Assembly: GCA_050253335.1 (NCBI GenBank) | Contig: JBFWJG010000059.1 | Span: 1 to 11,724, forward strand | Source: Deferribacterales bacterium | GTDB taxonomy: Bacteria > Chrysiogenota > Deferribacteres > Deferribacterales > Geovibrionaceae | Length of the DNA: 11,724 nt | Direction: 5' to 3' | Shown here: positions 6,224 to 11,724 of the stretch, one piece after another | Layout of the letters: the number at the start of each line of letters is the position of its first letter | Numbering within the stretch: position 1 is the first letter of the stretch | Position numbers and translations under genes: made by a program | The notes under the pieces: model-generated | Seen by the model: the letters and a program-made list of their open reading frames with translations, nothing else | Told to the model about the DNA's origin: nothing | Databases searched by the model: none

Positions 6224-7459
6224 CTATTTTATTTTCCGTAAAAAATCATAAAGTTCCGTCACAGGATGAGTGACTTCCGCATCGAGCCCTTCCCTTGCGG
6301 CCGCATCAGCAAGCTGCATTGCGCACCCGGGACAGGGGCTGTAGACTTTCACGGTTTTTTTGTCCTTCATTTCCTGAATTTTTGAACGGGAAAAGCCCTT
6401 TGAGCGTTCGTAGTATTTCAGGCTGAAAGTGCCCGCGAACCCGCAACAGCTCTGGTTTTCAAGCTTAATATATTCTGTCGCCGTGCTGTTTCGCACAAAG
6501 TTTTCCACCAGCACTTTTTTGCTGTCCTGATAGTGGCAGGGAAAATGGACTGTGCTTCTGCCTTCCGCACCGCTCTGAAGCCTCACCTTGAGAATCTCCT
6601 CAAGGAAAACCAGAATATCCACCACTTCCAGCGGGCACTCGGCGCCTGTCTGCTTAGGCCCCATTTCATACAGGCCGTACCTGCATGTGGGACAGCAGGT
6701 TATGATATACGCTGCGTCTTTATATTCCGCCAGAGCGTTATAATTCGCGCTCACGGCATTTCTGTACATCTCAAGTTCGCCCATGGAGGCGGCGGGTATC
6801 CCGCAGCAGATGTTTGTTTCGGGCACATAAACAGATACCCCGAAGTGCCTGAGCACCTCCACCACAGCGGTTCCCCACTCGGTGTAGATGAGGTTCACAG
6901 CGCATCCGGGATAAAACACAACACGCATTATCTCGCTGTCGGCCTTGTTCAGCCCTCCGTATTTTTTCACGAAGGCTTCGCTTTTAAGCTCGACAACGTT
7001 TCTTCCGCCCAGACCCGGAATCAGGGGTCTGTAAATTCCGTCCTTGACCTTTTTACTGCCGAATTTAAGCCCCATGTGCATAAGCGGGGCCATCCTCGCC
7101 ATAAGTTCCGGCTTCTCCATGGCTGTTTTGAGTATGAACTTCTGCCATTTCGGCAGTTTTTTGATTTTGCGGAGAACTTCTCTTCCGCGCAGAAAAATCT
7201 CGTCGGTCTTAACGCCGCTGGGGCAGGCTTTGAGACAGCGGGTGCAGAGAAGGCACTGGTCAAGATGTTTAAGTATCCTGCCCGCATCCTCAATGCGCCC
7301 TTCGTACACAGACTGGAGAAGGGAGATTTTCCCCCTCGCCACTGATGATTCCCTTCCGTCAGTGCGGTAAAGCGGGCAGTCTGACTGGCAGGTGCCGCAC
7401 TTCATGCACTGAAGCATCATTTCCTCAAGCTCACGGAGCTCTTTTATCAGTTCATCCAT
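6224..7459 (-). CDS. glcF: Fe-S subunit of a glycolate/D-lactate dehydrogenase (GlcF-like; 2x[4Fe-4S] plus two CCG domains)
   Basis: CMKCGTCQSDCP and CLLCTRCLKACP ferredoxin motifs. CCG domains YPGC...ICCG...CCPTC and HFPCH...SCCG...PCPGC. The ATG directly abuts the upstream stop codon (TAG-ATG). Confidence 0.88.
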   Translation of the reverse strand: MDELIKELRELEEMMLQCMKCGTCQSDCPLYRTDGRESSVARGKISLLQSVYEGRIEDAGRILKHLDQCLLCTRCLKACPSGVKTDEIFLRGREVLRKIKKLPKWQKFILKTAMEKPELMARMAPLMHMGLKFGSKKVKDGIYRPLIPGLGGRNVVELKSEAFVKKYGGLNKADSEIMRVVFYPGCAVNLIYTEWGTAVVEVLRHFGVSVYVPETNICCGIPAASMGELEMYRNAVSANYNALAEYKDAAYIITCCPTCRYGLYEMGPKQTGAECPLEVVDILVFLEEILKVRLQSGAEGRSTVHFPCHYQDSKKVLVENFVRNSTATEYIKLENQSCCGFAGTFSLKYYERSKGFSRSKIQEMKDKKTVKVYSPCPGCAMQLADAAAREGLDAEVTHPVTELYDFLRKIK

Positions 7460-8833
7460 CTACAGCCCCATTTTGTGAGGATTGAGAAGATTTTTCGGAT
7501 CAAGGCCGTTTTTCAGCTTTTTCATAAAGCGGATTGTTCCGGCTCCGACCTCGCTTTCAAGATATTTTGCTTTTGCCGAACCTATTCCGTGCTCGCCGCT
7601 GATTGTTCCTTCCAGCTTGAGGGCTGAGGCGAATATTTCGTCAATCGCTTTTTCCACCCTCAACATCTCATCCTTGTTCCTTTTATCGGTAAGGATTGTG
7701 GGGTGGAGGTTGCCGTCTCCGGCGTGACCGAAGGTTCCCACCGTAAGATCATACTTAACGGTGATGTCCTTGATGCACTGCATCATTTCCGGTATGCGGC
7801 TTCGGGGGACGGTGGCATCCTCAAGGATCAGAGTGGGCTTCAGGCGCGCAAGACTGCTGAGAGCCTTTCTGCGTGCTTCCCAAAGCTTGTCTCTCTCCTC
7901 AGGTGTTTCAGCGACATGGATTCTTCCGCCGAGTCTGTTGCAGATCTCTTTGACTTTGGCGTAATCGTCCTCAACTGCCGCGGGGTGTCCGTCCACCTCT
8001 ATGAGAAGAAGGCCGTCAGCATCGGTGGGCAGGCCGATTCTGGCGCCTTCCTCAACAGTCTTAATTGTAAATCTGTCCATAAGCTCCAGAGTCGCAGGAG
8101 TTATCTTCGCCCCGATTATTTCCGACACTGTCACGCTGGCCTTCATAAGGTCATCATAAATAACAAGCATCGAACGCGAAGCCTGCGGCTGGGGCACAAG
8201 CTTCAGGGTATGTTCGGTCATAACGCCGAGCAGGCCTTCGGATGAAACCATAAGCCCGCTGAGATTAAACCCGGTAACCATTTTAACGGTTTTTCCACCG
8301 GCAATCACTGCGTTGCCTTCCATATCAAAAAACTTTGTACCCATAACATAATCGCCGGTAACACCGTATTTGAGAGCCCTGAGCCCTCCGGCGTTTTCGG
8401 CGACGTTTCCGCCTATGGTGGACATTTTCATGCTTCCCGGATCGGGCGGATAAAGAAGCCCTTTCGCACTGACAGCCAAAGCCAGATCGGCAGTAACCAC
8501 GCCGGACTGCACAACTGCGTACATATCCTCTGTGTTTATTTCCAGAATTTTATTAAGCCCGGACATGAGAAGGACACAGCCACCCTTAATGGGAAGCGTT
8601 CCTCCGCTGAGATTTGTTCCCGCTCCTCTTGTTACAAGGGGGATATTCTCCTCACAGCACAGTTTAATTATCATGCATACCTGCTCTGCGGTTTCGGGTT
8701 TAACAACAATTTCGGGTACGCACATTTCACCGAAGGAGGCGTCATATGCGTAGCACATGAGATCCTCCTCTTCTGTCCAGACATTTTTTCCGGCGATTTC
8801 GGCAAATTTAGCTATCAGGCCTTTGGAAAGCAT
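7460..8833 (-). CDS. glcD: FAD-linked 2-hydroxy-acid dehydrogenase subunit (GlcD/D-lactate dehydrogenase family)
   Basis: RGAGTNLSGG, YPPDPGS, STIGGNVAENAGG, LKYGVT and SEGLLG motifs, plus metal/substrate-site motifs HAGDGNLH and GEHGIG. Start moved to ATG 8833 (MLSKG...) because of the upstream GAGGA and because it removes the overlap with dctM. Confidence 0.92.
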   Translation of the reverse strand: MLSKGLIAKFAEIAGKNVWTEEEDLMCYAYDASFGEMCVPEIVVKPETAEQVCMIIKLCCEENIPLVTRGAGTNLSGGTLPIKGGCVLLMSGLNKILEINTEDMYAVVQSGVVTADLALAVSAKGLLYPPDPGSMKMSTIGGNVAENAGGLRALKYGVTGDYVMGTKFFDMEGNAVIAGGKTVKMVTGFNLSGLMVSSEGLLGVMTEHTLKLVPQPQASRSMLVIYDDLMKASVTVSEIIGAKITPATLELMDRFTIKTVEEGARIGLPTDADGLLLIEVDGHPAAVEDDYAKVKEICNRLGGRIHVAETPEERDKLWEARRKALSSLARLKPTLILEDATVPRSRIPEMMQCIKDITVKYDLTVGTFGHAGDGNLHPTILTDKRNKDEMLRVEKAIDEIFASALKLEGTISGEHGIGSAKAKYLESEVGAGTIRFMKKLKNGLDPKNLLNPHKMGL

Positions 8834-8846
8834 TTTGTCCTCGCTC

Positions 8847-10172
8847 TTATTTAAACACTGCGTTAGGCAGCCATGTGATGATTTCGGGGAAAACAACGCA
8901 CAGTATCAGCGCTATAAGCTGAAGCAGCACGAAAGGCAGAATCCCTTTGTATATATGGCTGAGTTCCATCCCTTCCGGTGCGACGCCTTTGAGATAGAAA
9001 AGCGCATAGCCGAAGGGGGGTGTAAGGAAAGACATCTGAAGGTTCACGCAGACAAGTATCGCAAACCACAGCGGATCGAAACCGAGCTGGTTTACTGCGA
9101 TAGGCGTGAATATCGGCACGCAGAGAAGAAGAATTCCCAGCCAGTCCACAAACATTCCCAGAAGGAAGATGATGAACATCATAACGCCGAGTATCACATA
9201 TCTGTTGTCGCTGACTGAGAAGAGAATGTCAGTGAAAACTTCTCCTCCGCCGAGACCCATGAATATGGATGTATAAAAGTTTGCGCCGACAAAGATAAGC
9301 ATAACCATACATGTTATCTTCATGGTGGAATAAGCCGCGTCTTTAAAAAGCTTCACATTTACCCTGCGGTTGGCGAAGGCAAGAAGAAGCGCACCCACAC
9401 AGCCCAGACCTGCCGCCTCAGTGGGCGTTGCGATACCTGCGGAAATACTTCCGAGAACCGCAAGAATCAGGAACAGTGGCGGGAAGAGAGATTTGCACAT
9501 CATAACAAATTTCTGACCCGCTGTGTGGATTCTCTCCGCTTTAGGGATTGGAGGACCTGCGTTGGGCTTAACCTGGCAGTAGATAAAAGCATAAACAAGG
9601 TATGTGAATGCCAGAAGAAGACCGGGAACAACTGCGGCCATGAAAAGCTTGCCGACGCTCATCCCTATGAGACCGCCGTACACAACAAGCATGATCGACG
9701 GAGGAATAAGTATCCCCAGCGTTCCGCCCGCGGTGATAACCCCCGCTGTGAGCGAGAGGTCATAGCCTTTTTTAACCATTGAGGGAGCCGCAAGAAGACC
9801 CATAGCAACAACAGAAGCGCCGACGATTCCAGTTGTAGCGGCAAACACGGTGCACACGACTATTGTCGCAAGCGCAAGCCCGCCTTTGATAGAACCCATG
9901 ACAACATACATCGTCTCATACAGATCATCCGCCACACCGGACTTGTCCAGAAACTGCGCCATCAGTATGAAAAGCGGTATTGCCACGAGAACATAATTTG
10001 TCATCAGGCCGTAGCTTTTGTTGGCAAGGATAAAAAACGCCGTGGGGCCGTAGCCCAGAATTCCGAAAATAATACCAAGCCCGCCGAGGGTTATTCCAAG
10101 GGGGTGTCCGAGGAAAACAACCACAAGCAGGATGACAAACATCGCTACCGATAAAAATTCAGGAGACATCAT
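8847..10172 (-). CDS. dctM: TRAP transporter large permease subunit
   Basis: Polytopic hydrophobic protein with AIPLFILM, GGTLGILIPPSI, ATPTEAA, GFDPLWF and SFLTPPFGYALFYL. The start overlaps the dctQ stop (ATGA). Confidence 0.95.
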   Translation of the reverse strand: MMSPEFLSVAMFVILLVVVFLGHPLGITLGGLGIIFGILGYGPTAFFILANKSYGLMTNYVLVAIPLFILMAQFLDKSGVADDLYETMYVVMGSIKGGLALATIVVCTVFAATTGIVGASVVAMGLLAAPSMVKKGYDLSLTAGVITAGGTLGILIPPSIMLVVYGGLIGMSVGKLFMAAVVPGLLLAFTYLVYAFIYCQVKPNAGPPIPKAERIHTAGQKFVMMCKSLFPPLFLILAVLGSISAGIATPTEAAGLGCVGALLLAFANRRVNVKLFKDAAYSTMKITCMVMLIFVGANFYTSIFMGLGGGEVFTDILFSVSDNRYVILGVMMFIIFLLGMFVDWLGILLLCVPIFTPIAVNQLGFDPLWFAILVCVNLQMSFLTPPFGYALFYLKGVAPEGMELSHIYKGILPFVLLQLIALILCVVFPEIITWLPNAVFK

Positions 10173-10669
10173 GCTCTCACACCTCTGATCTGCTGAACAG
10201 CTTTAAGGAATTCTGCTATCCCCTGAATAAGAAGAAAAACAAAGCCCACTGCCAGGAATGTTTTGAAATGATAAACAGGTGCGCCCCAGGGGGACTGCAC
10301 ACGCTCAAGCCCCTGCCAGGACTGAAGAGCAAAAACATAAGAGGCCTTAATAGCTATTATCATAAAAGGGAAGAAGAGCACGAGGTAGCTCACCGCAGCT
10401 ATCCACCCTTGAACCTTCGGGTTAAGTTTTGCTGTTATAATATCAATACCTACATGCATCTTGTGCTTCAGCGTGTAGCCGAAGCCCATGAGGAACATAA
10501 CTCCGTAAAGCATGTTGCTCAAATCGAATGCCCAGACTGTGGGCTTGCCGAAAACTTTTCTGCTGATTACTTCATAGACAACTACGATAAGCAGCAGATA
10601 AACGGAAAAAGAAAAAACCTTTCCCACCCACTCTGTTACTGATTCTATCAGTTTGATTAACTTTTCCAT
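10169..10669 (-). CDS. dctQ: TRAP transporter small permease subunit
   Basis: Four hydrophobic segments with YEVISRKVFGKPTVWA and YTLKHKMHVGIDI. Lies between dctP and dctM. ATG 10669 is preceded by GGAG at 5 nt. Confidence 0.93.
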   Translation of the reverse strand: MEKLIKLIESVTEWVGKVFSFSVYLLLIVVVYEVISRKVFGKPTVWAFDLSNMLYGVMFLMGFGYTLKHKMHVGIDIITAKLNPKVQGWIAAVSYLVLFFPFMIIAIKASYVFALQSWQGLERVQSPWGAPVYHFKTFLAVGFVFLLIQGIAEFLKAVQQIRGVRA

Positions 10670-10755
10670 AAATGCTCCGAAAAATGACTGCAATGATACT
10701 GTGCGGATCCTGATCCGCTCTGTTTCATATCCGTAAAACGCTTACAGTCCGACCG

Positions 10756-10795
10756 AAAATAAAGAAGCACAGGGCAGGAGAACCCTGCCCCGCGC
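10756..10795 (-). terminator. Intrinsic terminator-like / stabilising hairpin between dctP and dctQ
   Basis: On the - strand: GCGCGGGGCAGG-GTTCT-CCTGCCCTGTGC, a 12-bp stem with two G-U pairs, followed by TTCTTTATTTT. It begins 16 nt after the dctP stop. Confidence 0.8.
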
Positions 10796-10811
10796 CTTTC
10801 AGTTTAGTATT

Positions 10812-11723
10812 TTATTCGTAATGTTTGCCCGCAAGATATTCATCTTTCGGGAAAGCCGCAACTCCGCCTCTGAGGTCTTTCCATACAGAGTATTCAGCTA
10901 TGAAGCTGTTCTGAGAAGCGAGTATTTTATCAAGCAGGGGGTTGCCTGCTCTGAGTTTTGTAAGATAAGCATCAGTTGTTTTTCTGAGCTCGTTAAGCGA
11001 TGCAGCGTCAAGCTTGTTGAACTTCACGCCTTCTGCCTGATATTTCAGGATAGCTTCGGCATTTTTCTTTTCGCTTCTTGCTATGTCCCACATCTGTGTT
11101 TCATAGGAAGCTATAAGAAGAGCCTGCTGAAGGTAAGGGGGAAGCTCATCATACGCTTTTTTGTTTACAGTGAACATGTTCTGCACGCCTGTCTGGTGCC
11201 AGCCGGGAAGCATTACGTTTTTGGCGATTTCCTGGAAGCCCATGGGGTACGTGATGAAAGGAGTCGAGAACTCTGCTGAGTCAAGAACGCCTCTTTCAAA
11301 AGCGAGGTAGATTTCGCCGCCGGGGAGCGGAGTAACGGAAACACCCATTTCTTTAAGAATGTCTGCCGCCCAGCCCACAGTTCTGATTTTCATGCCGGAA
11401 AGCTGTTTAACATCAGTAACGGGGTTTTTGGTGAAGAAGCCCATCTCCTGACCGGAGTTACCGCCCATGAGGGGTTTAAGTCCGAAGTTGCCGTACAGCT
11501 CATCAGCAAGGCCGATACCGCCGCCTTCCATAAGCCATATGGAGTATTCGATGTTATTAAGACCGAAAGGAACGGAAGCGAAAGCAACGAAGCCTTCTTC
11601 TTTGCCTTTCCAGTAGCCGGGCCAGTCGTGACCCATTTCCACAACGCCGTTTCTCACAGCGTCAAACACCTCGAAAGCGGGCACAAGCGCGCCGTCGGGG
11701 AAAACTTTGATTTTGAGCTGGCC
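10812..11723 (-). CDS. dctP: TRAP substrate-binding protein of the TakP / 2-keto- and 2-hydroxy-acid-binding group, 5'-truncated
   Basis: The frame stays open to the window edge (GQLKIKVFPDGALVPAFEVFDAV). Motifs YWKGK, VPFGL, GNSGQEMG, GMKIR (conserved carboxylate-binding Arg), LPGGEIYLAFERGVLDSAEF and PGWHQ. Confidence 0.93.
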   Translation of the reverse strand, partial: GQLKIKVFPDGALVPAFEVFDAVRNGVVEMGHDWPGYWKGKEEGFVAFASVPFGLNNIEYSIWLMEGGGIGLADELYGNFGLKPLMGGNSGQEMGFFTKNPVTDVKQLSGMKIRTVGWAADILKEMGVSVTPLPGGEIYLAFERGVLDSAEFSTPFITYPMGFQEIAKNVMLPGWHQTGVQNMFTVNKKAYDELPPYLQQALLIASYETQMWDIARSEKKNAEAILKYQAEGVKFNKLDAASLNELRKTTDAYLTKLRAGNPLLDKILASQNSFIAEYSVWKDLRGGVAAFPKDEYLAGKHYE

Positions 11724-11724
11724 G

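Noticed and set aside
6533..7345. 270-aa ORF on the + strand
   Set aside because: Lies fully antisense to the glcF-like gene and has no domain signature.
8834..8896. N-terminal extension of glcD in the ORF track
   Set aside because: It overlaps dctM by 50 nt. ATG 8833 has an SD and matches the usual family start.
10670..10693. Upstream TTG start for dctQ
   Set aside because: ATG 10669 has a well-placed GGAG, and the extension contains that SD.
1..11724. CRISPR arrays, tRNA/rRNA genes, IS elements or prophage genes
   Set aside because: No spaced direct repeats, cloverleaf-like sequences, or transposase/integrase motifs were seen, and nearly all the sequence is covered by identifiable CDSs.

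Overview
Gene-dense bacterial chromosomal window (roughly 45-50% GC by eye; gene content suggests an anaerobic respirer, but taxonomy cannot be fixed from the sequence). It has three modules. (1) On the + strand is the end of an arsenic-resistance locus: a 5'-truncated small thioredoxin-like protein with an acidic Gly/Cys tail, followed by a thioredoxin-type arsenate reductase ArsC. (2) On the - strand is a c-di-GMP signalling cassette: a REC/HD-GYP phosphodiesterase, a stand-alone TM-dCache-TM protein, and a soluble PAS-HisKA-HATPase-REC-REC-HPt hybrid kinase. (3) Also on the - strand is a 2-hydroxy-acid uptake and oxidation operon: TRAP dctP (5'-truncated)-dctQ-dctM, a GlcD-like FAD subunit, a GlcF-like Fe-S/CCG subunit and a FadR-type GntR regulator. 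The most unusual feature is that the Cache sensor and the kinase are in the same frame, separated only by TGA-AAA-TGA-AGG, so they look like one split receptor kinase. The thioredoxin and arsC are also in frame across a single TGA that follows a Cys-Gly repeat. No RNA genes, CRISPR arrays or mobile elements were seen.
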